A stretch of DNA of 64,000 nt from Centroscyllium fabricii (lineage: Eukaryota). The notes below the pieces were generated by a model, which was not told the origin of the DNA, did not search any database, and worked only from the letters and a program-made list of their open reading frames with translations. Location of the stretch: positions 64,728,001 to 64,792,000 of the forward strand of contig JBNRSN020000005.1 in assembly GCA_051313645.2 (NCBI GenBank), written 5' to 3'. Within the stretch, counting starts at the first letter, position 1. The number at the start of each line of letters is the position of its first letter. The position numbers were made by a program, and so were the translations under genes. Shown here piece after piece: positions 23,040 through 36,189 of the stretch.

Positions 23040-25580
23040 TCTGTGAACAAATCACGAAGATAAGTGAAAATAATAAAGTAACAATACTAGGGGACTTTAA
23101 TTTCCCCAATATCAACTGGGAGAATCAAAGTGTGAGGGGCACGGATGGTTCAGCATTCTTACAATGCAGCCAAGATAATTTTTTGAAACAATATGTTGGG
23201 TCACCTACAAGGGGGGGGGCGGTACTAGACCTAATACTTGGGAACGAGGACGGGCAGATAGAGGAGGTAACAGTGGGGGAGCACTTCGGGGATAGCGACC
23301 ACAATTCAGTTAGTTTCAAAATTGTAATGGAGAAAGATAAAAATGGACCAGGGGTAAAAATACTAAACTGGGGGAAGGCGGATTTCAATAAAATTAGGAA
23401 CGATGTAACCGCAGTAGATTGGGGCCATCTCCTCAGAGGAAGATCTGCATCAGAGCAGTGGGAGGCCTTCAGAGGGGAAGTCGGGAAGATACAGGAGGAA
23501 CATGTTCCTGCAAAAATTAAGGGTGGGGGAGACAAACAAAGGGAACCTTGGATGTCTAGGGATGTATGTAAATTAATGAAGAAAAAAAGGGGGGCTTTTA
23601 ATGAATATAAACGGCTAAAAACTGAGGAGGCACTAGGGGAGTATAAGAAATATAGGGGGGATTTAAAGAAGGAGATAAGAAAAGCCAAGAGAGGTCATGA
23701 GATTACAATGGCCGGTAAAATCAAGGATAACCCTAAGGCATTTTATAGTTATATAAAAAACAAAAGGATCACGAGGGAAAGGGTGGGGCCCATTAAAGAC
23801 GATAGCGGAAAGCTGTGCGTCGAGCCTGAGGAGGTGGGGGAGGTACTAAATGAATTCTTCTCTTCAGTATTCACAAGAGAGAGGGACGATACCGACATCG
23901 AAATCGGACAGAATGTAGGGGGGGTAATTGAGGATATTACCATTACAAGGGAAGAAGTTCTAGAAATCTTGGGAGGCTTAAAGGTGGACAAATCACCAGG
24001 GCCGGACGCAATGTTCCCCAGGCTGCTGTTCGAGGCCAGGGAGGAGCTTGCGGGCCCCCTGTCTCAAATCTTCAGGACCTCTCTCGCGTCAGGGGATGTA
24101 CCTGAGGACTGGAGAACGGCTAATGTAGTACCCCTGTTTAAAAAGGGTAGTAGGGACAAACCGGGCAACTACAGGCCAATCAGTCTTACATCTGTAGTGG
24201 GGAAAGTAATGGAAAAAATTCTGAGGGAAAAAATCAGTTCGCATTTGGACAACCAAGGTCTAATAAGAGACAGTCAGCATGGCTTCGTCCAAGGTAAGTC
24301 GTGCCTGACCAATCTGTTGGAATTCTTTGAGGAGGTTACAAAGAGGGTGGATGAAGGGAGTACTGTGGACGTAGTGTATATGGACTTTAGCAAAGCTTTT
24401 GATAAAGTCCCACATAGGAGACTAATAACAAAGGTTAGAGCGCACGGGATACAGGGTAACTTGGCACAGTGGATCGAAAATTGGCTGGGGGATAGGAGAC
24501 AAAGGGTAATGGTAGAGGGCTGCTTCTGTGACTGGAAACCAGTAACCAGTGGCGTCCCCCAAGGATCGGTTTTGGGACCCTTACTGTTTCTAGTATACAT
24601 CAACGATTTGGATATGGGAGTAGGGGGTACGATCAGCAAATTCGCTGATGATACGAAAATCGGAAGGGTGGTAAACAACGATGAGGATAGTAAGGGGCTT
24701 CAGGAGGATATAGATATAATGGTTAATTGGGCAGAAAAATGGCAAATGGAGTTCAACCCAGAGAAATGCGAGGTCATTCAATTCGGTAGACCAAATGGGG
24801 TAAGGGAATATACCATGAACAACAAAACGTTAAATAGGACCGAGGAACAGAGGGACCTGGGGGTACAGGTGCACAGCTCCCTGAAGGTTGCTGGACACGT
24901 TAACAAGGTAGTTAAGAAGGCATACGGAATTCTCGCCTTTATTAACCAGGGCATAGTATACAAAAGTAGGGAGGTAATGTTAAACTTGTATAACACACTG
25001 GTGAGACCTCAGCTGGAGTACTGTGTGCAGTTCTGGTCACCGCACTACAGGAAGGATGTGGCTGCCCTGGAGAGGGTGCAGAGAAGGTTTACCAGGATGA
25101 TACCTGGTCTGGGGGACCTGTGCTACGAGGAAAGGCTGGACAGGCTGGGGTTGTTTGCCTTGGAGAAGAGAAGGTGGAGGGGTGACATGATTGAGGTGTA
25201 CAAGATCATGAGGGGACACGATAGGGTAGACAAAGGTGCATTGTTTCCCCTGGTGGGAGAGTCAAGCACTAGGGGACATAGATTCAAGATCAGGGGGGGG
25301 AGGTTTAGGGGGGAGGTAAGGAGAAATTTCTTTACCCAGAGGGTGGTGGAAGACTGGAACTCCCTGCCTGTGAGGGTGGTGGAGGCAGGAACCATCACAA
25401 CATTTAAAAAATACTTGGACCAGCACATGAAGGACCATAACATACAGGGTTATGGGCCAGGTGCGGGCAACTGGGGTTAGTACAGTGAGGAGTTTTTCTG
25501 GGCCGGTGCGGACTGGATGGGCCGAATGGCCCTTATCCGCACTGTAAAATTTCTATGATTCTATGATTCTATGATTCTAT
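23040..25580 (+). mobile_element. CR1 LINE, 5'-truncated, young
   Basis: Uninterrupted ORF2, short 3' UTR, (ttctatga)n tail. Confidence 0.93.
23042..25480 (+). CDS. CR1 ORF2: C-terminal part of AP endonuclease plus complete reverse transcriptase
   Basis: GDFNFPNINW, SDHN, KSPGPD, NYRPISLTS, GVPQGSVLGP, FADD; the first ~23 codons of the predicted ORF are flanking DNA. Confidence 0.88.
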   Translation, partial: CEQITKISENNKVTILGDFNFPNINWENQSVRGTDGSAFLQCSQDNFLKQYVGSPTRGGAVLDLILGNEDGQIEEVTVGEHFGDSDHNSVSFKIVMEKDKNGPGVKILNWGKADFNKIRNDVTAVDWGHLLRGRSASEQWEAFRGEVGKIQEEHVPAKIKGGGDKQREPWMSRDVCKLMKKKRGAFNEYKRLKTEEALGEYKKYRGDLKKEIRKAKRGHEITMAGKIKDNPKAFYSYIKNKRITRERVGPIKDDSGKLCVEPEEVGEVLNEFFSSVFTRERDDTDIEIGQNVGGVIEDITITREEVLEILGGLKVDKSPGPDAMFPRLLFEAREELAGPLSQIFRTSLASGDVPEDWRTANVVPLFKKGSRDKPGNYRPISLTSVVGKVMEKILREKISSHLDNQGLIRDSQHGFVQGKSCLTNLLEFFEEVTKRVDEGSTVDVVYMDFSKAFDKVPHRRLITKVRAHGIQGNLAQWIENWLGDRRQRVMVEGCFCDWKPVTSGVPQGSVLGPLLFLVYINDLDMGVGGTISKFADDTKIGRVVNNDEDSKGLQEDIDIMVNWAEKWQMEFNPEKCEVIQFGRPNGVREYTMNNKTLNRTEEQRDLGVQVHSSLKVAGHVNKVVKKAYGILAFINQGIVYKSREVMLNLYNTLVRPQLEYCVQFWSPHYRKDVAALERVQRRFTRMIPGLGDLCYEERLDRLGLFALEKRRWRGDMIEVYKIMRGHDRVDKGALFPLVGESSTRGHRFKIRGGRFRGEVRRNFFTQRVVEDWNSLPVRVVEAGTITTFKKYLDQHMKDHNIQGYGPGAGNWG

Positions 25581-25729
25581 CCAAATTGTTTTCCTGTTTC
25601 TGTGTTAATCTAGCAACGAACAATACCATTAACATGAGAGCATTCAAAGTATTTGTGTTACTATTACTACAGGTTTAAAATAATCTGCTACTTACAGGAA
25701 ATTTGCATTATGAGTCTCTTTTCCTATAT

Positions 25730-26232
25730 TCAATCCTGGGATGTGGGCGTCGCTGGCAAGGCCAACACTTGCTGCCCAACCCTAATTGGTGGTGAGCCGC
25801 CTTCTTGAACCACAGTCCGTGTGGTAAAAGAATAGTTTTTGCTGAGTGGTTTGCTAGGCCATTTCAGAGGGCAGTTAAGAGTCAACCACATTGCTGTGGG
25901 TCTGGAGTCACATGTCGGCCAGACCAGGTAAGGACGGCAGATTTCTATGTTTCTATAGCAGGGAAAGGGTACTGAATTTGGATGATCCACCATGATCTCA
26001 TCAGATGGTAGAACAGGCTCAAGAGGCCAAATGGCCTACTCCTGCTCCTATCTTCTATGTTTCCTTCTCTAAAGGACATTAAATAATGTTCTTTATCTGG
26101 TAGTTTCATGGTCACCATTACTGATTTATTTAGTTAACTGAATTTAAATTGCCCAGCTGCTATGGTGGGATTTGAACTTATGTCTCTGGATAATTAGTCC
26201 AGTAACATAACCACGATGCTACTGTACCCTAC
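25730..26232. mobile_element. Old LINE/SINE tail fragments
   Basis: gggatgtgggcgtcgctggcaaggcc 3' end (minus) plus a CR1 3' UTR piece (plus). Confidence 0.5.
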
Positions 26233-26354
26233 ATCACCTTTAAATGTAAGTTATTTTATTTGGGACTGGTAAGCGCACTAGCCTTAAAATTCTTGGACGT
26301 GAAGGGCCAGGAATTTGGGGTGGAACACATTTTCACCGGATTTCCGCCCCCGGA

Positions 26355-27170
26355 GTGCAGGGATGAGATAGTTCAGCTGATGAGATGGTGTAATGATAAC
26401 AACCTTGCCCTGAACGTCAGCAAGACTAAGGAACTCATCGTGGACTTCAGATGCCATCAAGAGAACCACCGACCAATTATCATAGGTGGGACACCGGTAG
26501 AAATAGTCAGCTGCTTCCGATTCCTAGGTCTGCAGATCTCTGATGATCTGACTTGGAACTTTAACACCGAGGCAATGCTGAAGAAGGCACACCAGCGCCT
26601 CTACCCTCTGCGGTGCCTGAGGAAATGCGGCATAAGCACACAATGGCTTGTGAACTTTTACCGCGGCACCATAAAGAGCGTCTTGTTGGGTGGCGTCACT
26701 GTGTGGTATGGCAACACTACTGCTCAGGACAGGAAAGCCATTCAGAGGGTCGTGAGGACGGCAGAAAAAATTATCGGGTGTGCACTTCCATCCATCAAGG
26801 AGATCTTCCAGACCAGATGTCGGAACAAGGCCCGCTCCGTCATCAAGGACCCCAATCACCCTGGGCACGATCTGTTCTCCCTCCTGCGGTCCGGCCGTCG
26901 GTACCGCAGCATCCGAACCAGGACCAGCAGGTTCAAAAACAGTTTCTACCCACAGGCAGTGCGCCTACTGAACTGCTAACTGCACTCATTATTTATTTGT
27001 TTATTTGATTATTATTTTTTCTATATTTATACTTGTTTGGTTTTTTTTCTCACTTTTTTACTTTTTGCTTTTCTACATTTATAATTGTGGGAGTGAATGG
27101 GGAGTAAGCATTCCATTGTACGAGTTACACATGGCAATAAAATGATCTTGAATCTTGAATCTTGAATCTT
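26355..27170 (+). mobile_element. Rex1-type LINE 3' fragment
   Basis: WCNDNNLALNVSKTKELIVDFR...RFKNSFYPQAVRLLN; (tcttgaa)n tail. Confidence 0.88.
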
Positions 27171-28530
27171 GGCAGCAATGGGGAGGTCACAGATACAACT
27201 TCTGCCTCTCACCATCTCCATCGTGATGTCTATTGGAATGTCAGGCTCTCTCAGTTTCTCCCTATTGAACAGCCAGTGATAAGTGCACCTGCATGAAGCA
27301 GGCATACCTGCCATACAAGAGTTGCAAAGTGCTCCACAATGCTCTATCCAAATGGCAAGTAATCTAAAGGAGATCGATTGCCATTTGGTCATCAGCAAAC
27401 CAGAAATGTACCACCATTTATTGAGTTGCTGCATTTAGGCCAGACTGATGTGTGCCCACCCACCTTCCTCCCCGCTCGAGAAAGCAACAAGATGATGCTT
27501 TGAAATCCCAGCTATTATTCAAATGTTCAAACAATGCTTTGTGGTGTATGTAACATCATTGTGCACTACTTTGTACCGTGGCAGGACACTGCAGTACTGC
27601 GGTCCGGCACTACTGCATATAAGTCTAAGCGTGGAGCGATACAGGTCAGTTCCAGCCTGTACCAAGATGAGTAAACGTCACCTGTAGTTTGTACCTGTAC
27701 AATTGAGTCTGTCGTTATTCATCCTCAATAGCGCGGCTTAACAATGGCGACGAGGTCGGTCGGACTCATAGCTGTGTTTTCGGCTACATCGAGAAATGAA
27801 AGGATTCATTCCGAACTGAAGTCGACCATCGACTGCTAAGGACCACCCTGCACTCCAGAAAGGGAGCGGCAGCGATTCAACAGCAGAGGGAACTCAGTGG
27901 GCCTACACTCCAACACGGGGAGTGGTGAGGCAGTTTTGCTCCAGCCAACAGAATTCGGCAGCAGCCGGCAGAATTCGGCAGCAGCCAGCAGAATTCGGCA
28001 GCAGGAACCAGCAGAATCGGCAGCAGGAGCCATCAGAATCGGGTGCCCAGCTCAGCAGTGGCAGGAAGGCCGCGAAGCAGGACCCAGCCAGCAGAAGCAT
28101 CGGACATCGGCTCCAGGTGGGGCCAGAACAACGGCAAACAAAGTCGCACACCGGGGTCAAACGGGAGGATCCAGGGTGATGAAGCCAATCACCAGAAGTG
28201 GTTGTCGAGGGCCAGGGGTGGTCCTCTGACCAGGAAAAAAAAAACGGCAGTTGCAGGTAGCGCGCAATCTTACTGTAGCTGCGGGGGAAAATCAGAGGCC
28301 CAGCGGGGGAGAGATGCGCAGAGGCGGGGAGACGCCATCTTTGGGCGGGAAGACGCTGGAAGGGACGTGCAATGGCGGGAAGACACCGGAAGAGATGCGC
28401 AAAGGCGGGACTAAGCGCCGGAAGAGACGCACAAGGGCGGGAAAAACGCCATCTTAGCGCGAGAAGAAACCGGAAAAGACGCGGGGAGGTGGGAGAAGAC
28501 GCCATCTTGACCGCAAAGAAATAAAATAAC

Positions 28531-31500
28531 ATGGCCAGACTAAGTGGGTTTGGGGCTTTTCAGCCAGATAAAGAAGACTGGGAGGCGTATTTAGAACGCT
28601 TCGAGATATACTGTAACGTTCAAGCAGTCACAAACGAGAATAAATTAAATACATTCTTAAATGCCCTGGGACTTGAAACATACGGGTTGCTCAGAACACT
28701 AGCGTCACCAGATAAACCAGCGACTAAATCACTACAACAGATAAAGGATATTTTAAAAGATAACCTGAATCTGAATCCCCCTTTTATAGCGGAGCGATTC
28801 AATTTTTTTTAAAGGGACCAGCAAAAGGGGGAGTCACAGGCTGAGTACATTACCGCACTCAGACGGTTGTCCAAGCACTGTGCCTTTTGGGACGAACTGT
28901 CCAATCACCTAAGGGACAGATTCGTATGTGGTATAAGGGATGATACCACTCAAAAAAAATTGCTGACCAAAAAGACACTCACTTTGTAGCAGGCCCTGGA
29001 GACGGCCATGGCCCATGAGGCAGCTGCAGCTGGAGCAGCAGCAATTAGAAATAGTGGGGGGCCCCTAGAGATCCACAAAATCTCCACACGCACGAAAAAG
29101 TGTTACCGCTGTGATAAGCCCACACACGACCAGAGTCGGTGCTGGGCCAAGGACAAAGACTGTAGACAATGTGGTAAGGTAGGCCACATAGCGGCAGCTT
29201 GTAGGTCAGGGAAGCAAGCGAGGCCAACACAGAAACAAACGCAGAGACGGCCCAAACCCAGAAGGGTAAATAAAATGGCCGAAGAGGATTCGGGAAGCGA
29301 ATCGGAAGACCAGGGCACAGATCAGTGGGGGCTGGGCTTAAAGGTCCACAATATGGGCAACCACACTGACCCGAGTGTAATATGGATTCTCCTAAAAGTA
29401 GCAGGGGCAGAAATTTCGATGGAGCTGGACACAGGCTCGGCTCTGTCAGTGATAAACGAAAGATTTGATAGGAAAACATTTGGGGGGATGCCCTTAGAAC
29501 AGTCCCCGGTAATACTAAAGACGTACACGGGACAAAAATTCAGGACATTGGGGAGGTTGCCCATCACAGTCAGTTACCAAGGTAAACAGATGAAGGGTCT
29601 GTACCTCTATGTGTTAAAAGATGGTGGAGCACCACTCTTGGGAAGAGAGTGGATCAGACAGATCAATCTCGACTGGGGCACAATACACAATGTCAAGGCC
29701 TCACACAGGACTGAGGAGGAGCTATCAGTCACCAAAAGACTAGATAGAATACTGGAAAAGCATCCAGAGGTTTTCCAACCCGGCCTGGGGAAGTTAAAAG
29801 ACATTAAGGCGAAGGTCATGAGTACACATGGGGCAACCCAAATTTTTGTAAAGGCACACCCAGTACCATATGCCATTAGACCAGCAGTGGAGGCAGAACT
29901 CAAAAATCTGGAAGCAGAAGGAGTACTGTCAAGGTAGAATGGAGCGAATGGGCCACACCCATCATTCCAGTCATCAAAAAAACACAGAACAAGGACAGGG
30001 AAAAGGCAAAGGTGCGCACTTGCGGGGACTTTAAAATGACCATTAACCCGGTGTTAAAAATTGTACAGTATCCGTGTGGTGAACCACTGTATTTACATTG
30101 TATATAGTTACGTGTGGTGAACCATGGTATTGCTTGCACTGTATATATTTAACTACACTGGGAGCATAGGTTGCCTCTTGTTCACTCTTGTCCACTTGAT
30201 ATCCATCTGGGAGGACTCGGCTGACTCCACCCACAGACTGCCATATAAAAGTAGCAGCACGGCTGACCGTGTGGCATTCTCAGGATCGGCAACCTGTACT
30301 CCACTTCTTTAGGTAATAAAAGCCTCAGTTACATTCCTAACCTCGTCTTGAGTACAATTGATTGTGCATCAATCCGTTGCCCAGAATTGAGGATATCTTT
30401 GCTTCCTTAGCAGGCGGAAAGCGGTTCACCAAGATAGACCTCTCCCAGGCATACCTGCAGATGGAGGTGGAGCCGGAGTCCAGGAAACTGCTAACCATCA
30501 ATACACACAAAGGACTGTACCAGTATAACCGGATGGTTTTTGGCATCGCATCAGCGCCGGCCATATGGCAGAGGAACATGGACCAGGTACTACAGGGTAT
30601 TCCAGGGACACAATGCTACCTGGATGACATCTTAGTCACGGGCAGAACAGATGGGGAACATTTGTCTAACTTGGAAACAATCCTGGGAAGACTTAAAGAG
30701 TGTGGGCTCAGGGCCAATTCGCAAAAATGTGAGTTTTTCAAGGATCACATTTCTTATTGTGGCCATGAAATCGATAGCGAGGGGTTACACAAGTCGCCAG
30801 ACAAGATAGCAGCGGTAGTAAAAGCCCCAAGGCCAGAAAACGTCATGCAGTTAAGGTCATTTCTGGGCCTGATTAACTATTATCACAAGTTTTTGCCCAA
30901 CCTATCAACGGTTTTGTACCCACTAAACACCCTGCTACAGGCAGGGACACCCTGGAACTGGGAGAAAGCATGTGAGACAGCTTTCTTAAAAAGCAAACAA
31001 ATGATCACCTCTAAGGAGGTATTGTTCATTTCGACCCCAGCCTGCCCATAAAGTTAGCGTATGACGCTTCCCCTTACGTAATTGGCGCCGTTCTGTCCCA
31101 CAAATGCCCAGATGGGTCCGAAAGGACAATAGCATTTGCCTCTAAGTCCCTTACCACGGCAGAAAAAAACTACGTGCAAATAGACCGTGAAGCACTCAGC
31201 CTGGTGTGGAGGGTGAAAAAATGTCACCACTACTTGCACGGCCAGCAGTTTACACTGATAACCAACCACCAACCATTGGTCTCTATTTTCCACCCAGTAA
31301 AGGGGGTTCCCCAGATGACTGCACAAAGGCTGCAAAGGTGGGCATTGTTCTTGGGTGCGCATAAATATACCATCAAACATAAAGGCATGAAGAGGCACGG
31401 TAATGCGGATGGATTGTCACGCTTGCCCCTACCAGAAACAGGGGAGGGGGGACAACAAGACCCCCTGGAATTGTACCACATGGCAATAGTGGAACAGTTA

Positions 31501-32505
31501 CCGGTCACTAGCAAGCAGATAGAGCGGGAAACAAGAAATGACCCCTGCTTGTCAAAATTTTTTAATGTCGTTGTTCGAGGATGGTCCAGAGAGGATCTCA
31601 AACAATGGGCTGATAACGCCAACAGGAAGGACCAGTTGTCAGTCTGCCGGGGCATGTTAATGTGCGGAGGCCGGGTGGTAATCCCAGAAAAATTACGGAA
31701 ACAAATCCTGATGGACTTACATGAGGGCCATCTGGGCGGGGTCAAAATGAAATCCTTAGCCAGGGCGTACGTATGGTGGCCCAGGATCGACAAAGATATT
31801 GAGACACTGGCTACTGAATGCACCGGGTGCAAAATGGTCCAAAACGCATCGCCTCATGCACCCTTACACCCATGGGAATGGCCATCGTCTCCATGGCAAC
31901 GAATCAATATCGATTTTGCCAGGCCTTTCATTGACACTATGTTCCTCGTGGTCGTTGATGCCCATTCCAAGTGGCCTGAGGTGATCAGAATGTCCTCCAC
32001 CACAGCTGAGAGAACAGTCTCAGTCCTCAGAACCATTTTTGCCAGAAATAGTATACCGGAACAGATTTGTTCCGACAACGGACCTCAGTTCGTCTCTGAG
32101 GAGTTTAGTTCTTTTCTAAAAAGAAATGGGATCCGACACTACAAGTCGGCACCATACCATCCAGCCACAAATGGACTGGCAGAAAGGTTTGTGCAGACCT
32201 TCAAAAAGGCGATAAAAGCCATGAGGGGAGGAAAGTTAGAATTACAGCTAAAATAGACAACTTCCTCTTTGCATACAGAAATGTGACACACACAACCACT
32301 AACCAATCTCCAGCAGTGTTGTTCTTTAACAGGAGATTGCGGAATCGCCTGGACCTGTTACAACCCGACATTAGGCGAGATGTGGAAAACCAAATGTACC
32401 GAAAGGCTTCGGACTGGGCAACCAGAAACTTTGACGTAGGTCAGGACGTGCTAGTAAGAGACTATAGACATGATAAGTGGCAGGCTGGAACGATCAGCCA
32501 AAGAC
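28531..32505 (+). pseudogene. gag-pol pseudogene of the Mag element
   Basis: Two zinc knuckles, LDTGS protease, YLDD RT, RNase H, HHCC and DNGPQF integrase; multiple stops and frameshifts; tail continues 34360-34628. Confidence 0.9.
30075..30371 (+). mobile_element. Solo LTR inserted in the Mag RT
   Basis: TG...CA ends, TSD ATCCG splitting the QYPLP codons, catataaaa and aataaa signals. Confidence 0.88.
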
Positions 32506-34359
32506 TCTCATCGGAAAACATATACACCAAGTAAAAAATGGTAAAATATTCGCCTGCTTTATTGATTTTAAGAAAGCATTTGACTCTATCTGGCATGAAG
32601 GGCTCTACTACAAACTTCTCCATTGCGGTATAGGAGGAAAGGTATACGACCTCATCAAATCAATGTATCTGAACAATAAATGTAGGGTTAAAATTGGGGA
32701 CAAATGCACTGGCCCCTTCACCCAGGGGAGAGGCGTCCGACAAGGCTGCAATCTGAGCCCGACACTGTTTAATATATATATAAACGACTTGTCGGCAAAA
32801 CTAGAACAGAGCACAGCGCCGGGCCTCCGTCTTCTAGACGGAGAGGTTAAATCGCTGTTCTATGCGGATGACCTAGTTTTGCTGTCTCCCACAGAACAGG
32901 GACTGCAGCAACAGTTAGATCTACTCGATGAGTACTGCCAAAACTGGGCCTTGACAGTAAATCTAAAGAAAACAAACATCATGATTTTCCAAAAAAAAAA
33001 CAGATGTCAGGAAGACAAATACAAATTCACCCTTAAGGATACCATTATCGAACACACCATGAGCTACACTTACCTTGGTCTAACCATTACAGCATCAGGG
33101 AGCTTCAGCATGGCAGTGAATGCACTAAAAGAGAAAGCTCGAAGGGCTATGTATGCAATCAAAAGAAAATTCTACAACATCCAAATCCCAATTAAAATCT
33201 GGCTTAAAATATTTGATAGCGTAATCCAACCCATTGCGCTTTATGGCAGTGAAGTGTGGGGTTCGCTCAGCCATCATAGCTATGACAAATGGGAAAAGCA
33301 CACAATGGAGGCCCTACATGCGGAATTCTGCCGGAGCATTCTCCGCACCCAAAGGAAAACACCAACAAACGCATGTAGGGCGGAACTAGGCAGATACCCA
33401 CTGATCATAAATATCCAAAAAAGAATATTAAATTTTTGGAATCACCTTAAATCTAGCCACCCAGACTCCCTCCAGCTTAAAGCACTCCAAACCCAAGAGC
33501 GAAACCCAGAAAAGAGTCCCCTGTGCCAGTTGGTGCTGAGACTAACTACCCCTACCCAGTCAAACCTTGACCAGTCTCAGATCAACACTGTTCTCCAAAC
33601 ACCAATTAGAGTGAACCAAATTATCAAAAAATGCAAAGAAAATTATTTGGAACATTGGGAAAAAGCAACAAAAAACCAAAGCAGACTAGAATGCTACCGT
33701 TCCCTAGAAAGAGACTATAAATTGGCAGACTATCTTTCAACTGTCAGAAATATAAAACAGAGACAGACCCTCACCAGGTACAGACTAAGTGACCACCAGT
33801 TGGCAGTCGAAAAAGGAAGACAGAAGAAATCCTGGCAGCCAAGAGAAGATAGAATATGCGGTCACTGCTTGACGGATGAGGTTGAAACAGAGATGCACTT
33901 CCTCCTAAATTGCAAAAAATTTGAAAAAACAAGGAAATCATACTTTGACAAACTGGGCCTAGAAATCCCAGATTTCAAAAAATTAGATGATACCTTAAAA
34001 CTAAAAATAATCCTTGGCGAAGGAGACAGGGCACAGCTCGGTGCACAATACGTAACAGCATGCCACAACCTGAGGGACAATGAATGACCAACATGCACGC
34101 ACACACAGGCGGAAAATGACCAACATTGACTGTGATATTGTTTGAAACTGCATTTAAGCTATACATCTACTGATATTACTACGGATGCGGTTGTATATAC
34201 TCTGTTAGTACTGTTGCTATTACATCTAAAAATGTATTATTTATATGTATGTTACAATGTTCGACTAATGTATTTTTATGTATGTAAATGCTTTGGCAAC
34301 AAAGGTTGATACCATTCATGCCAATAAAGCTACTTGAATTGAATTGAATTGAATTGATT
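32506..34359 (+). mobile_element. RTEX-like LINE, 5'-truncated, inserted in the Mag integrase tail
   Basis: DFKKAFDSIWH, GVRQGC, YADD, CRAELGRYPL, C-terminal CxxC...HFLLNC finger, (ttgaa)n tail; ORF open to 34087. Confidence 0.82.
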
Positions 34360-34693
34360 GACAAGGGCCACTATCATACACAGTAGATACGCCTGAAGGG
34401 CAAATCAGAAGGCACGCTGACCAATTCGTAAGGGACACTGTGGCCAGTGCTGACACGACCAACCCAAAGACAACAGGAAAAAGGGCAATACACCACGACC
34501 ACAATTCAGATGAAGAAACGCCTGAAGAAGGCTCTCTGGAGGCCAAAACAGACGGCAAGTCAAGAAAGACTATCTCATCATCGGTCATCGCAAGACGATA
34601 CCCGACGAGAGACCACCGACCACCATAGAAACTGAATCTGTAACTGTAAATATGACATCTGTCTATATATTGTTGTTAGTCCTCCCCTTACTG

Positions 34694-35380
34694 ACTGAAA
34701 GCAGAAGACACACCCCCATCTTCATCCAAGGGGCTGAGGTGGAAAGGGTGTCCAGCTTCAAGTTCCTGGGGGTCCACATCTTGGAAGGCCTCTCCTGGTC
34801 ACTAAACACATCCTCTCTGATCAAGAAGGCCCAACAGCGCCTGTACTTCCTAAGGAAGCTGAAAAAAGCCAAGCTGTCATCCGGCATCCTCTCCAACTTC
34901 TACCGCTGCACAATCGAAAGCATACTGACAAGCTGCATCACAGTTTGCTATGGAAACTGCACCATCTCGGACTGGAAGGCCCTGCAGCGGGTAGTCGAAA
35001 CTGCCCAACGAATCACCGGCACCCAGCTACCGTCAATTGAATGCATCTACCTCAAACGCTGCCTACGGAGGTCTCCGAACATTATTAAAGACCCCACACA
35101 CACCAGCCACAGTCTGTTTGCCCCCTGCCCTCCGGGAGACGCTACAGATCAATTCGCACCCGCACGACTAGATTCAAGAACAGCTTCTTCCCCAGGGCTG
35201 TCAGCCTCCTCAACTCTAACAAAAAACTCCAGTATCTGCACACCTGAAATGTACTTTACTGTATGCAATTGTATGTAAATGATTTGCACTACTCTCGGGA
35301 GCGGCGAGTCTTCGTCTCGTTGCATTGTACTAGTACTCTGCAATGACAATAAAACTTGAATTGAATTGAATTGAACTGAA
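34694..35380 (+). mobile_element. Rex1-type LINE 3' fragment
   Basis: Close match to 15317-16000 (inverted); TSD TACTG; (ttgaa)n tail. Confidence 0.88.
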
Positions 35381-36189
35381 TACTGTACCATAAGGGCTAA
35401 TTAAGTGGGGAGGAATGTGGTGTATGTAACATCATTGTGCACTACTTTGTACCGTGGCAGGACACTGCAGTACTGCAGTCCGCCACTACTGTATATAAAT
35501 CTAAGCGTGGAGCGATACGGGTCAGTTCCAGCCTGTACCAAGATGAGTAAACATCACCTGTAGTTTGTAGCTGTACAACTGAGTCTGTCGTTATTCAACC
35601 TCAATAGCGCGGCTTAACATGCTTCAGAAGCTTCGGCTACTCGGAAGTTTCCATACGTATCCCCTTGCAAAAGTGACCAAGTAGTGACAATGTATTGATG
35701 TTGCACAAGCTATTGATAGAGGCAGTTCACCAATGTCCTGCAACAGAAGGACGGGGAGAGGCACCAATATCTGCTCCCTGGGGAAGAACAGTTGAGGAAC
35801 AGCGGCAGCAGTGGATTGATGGCTTCTTCCCCTGACCTGTTGCACTGGGACATTTGAGTTATATTGATTGCAATGAACTCCATTTTACCTGCTTACTTGC
35901 TGCATGCATGCCAACTGTTTGCATTTTAAGATAACAAGCAGCATTTCCATCCATACGTCAGCCTGTCAACGTTTCATGAGAGAAATTGGCCTTTTCCACT
36001 GGGATTGGAAGTTGTCAGAATTAATCAATCAGATCTGTTGGAGGGCAGATTGAAAGCTATTAGAACCAATTAGATAATCTGGAATGCAAGACTGGAGACT
36101 GTCAGAACCAATCATCATATTTTACTTTCTCTCAGTATTGGCAAAAACATGTGACAAAAAACTTTTGGTTGTTTGGTTTCTAAGATTCA

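Larger units (their letters stand above)
27540..35619 (+). mobile_element. Ty3/Gypsy LTR retrotransposon, Mag clade, full length with three nested insertions
   Basis: 204-bp LTRs (27540-27743, 35416-35619; 9 mismatches), TSD TGCTT, PBS TGGCGACGAGG (tRNA-Ser GCU), PPT aagtggggaggaa. Confidence 0.93.

Noticed and set aside
22973-23041. N-terminus of the predicted 835-aa ORF
   Set aside because: Chance open flank upstream of a 5'-truncated CR1; not a real start.
27836-28532. Antisense ORFs in the Mag leader and over the Gypsy repeat arrays
   Set aside because: Expected in GC-rich repetitive DNA; no domain signature.
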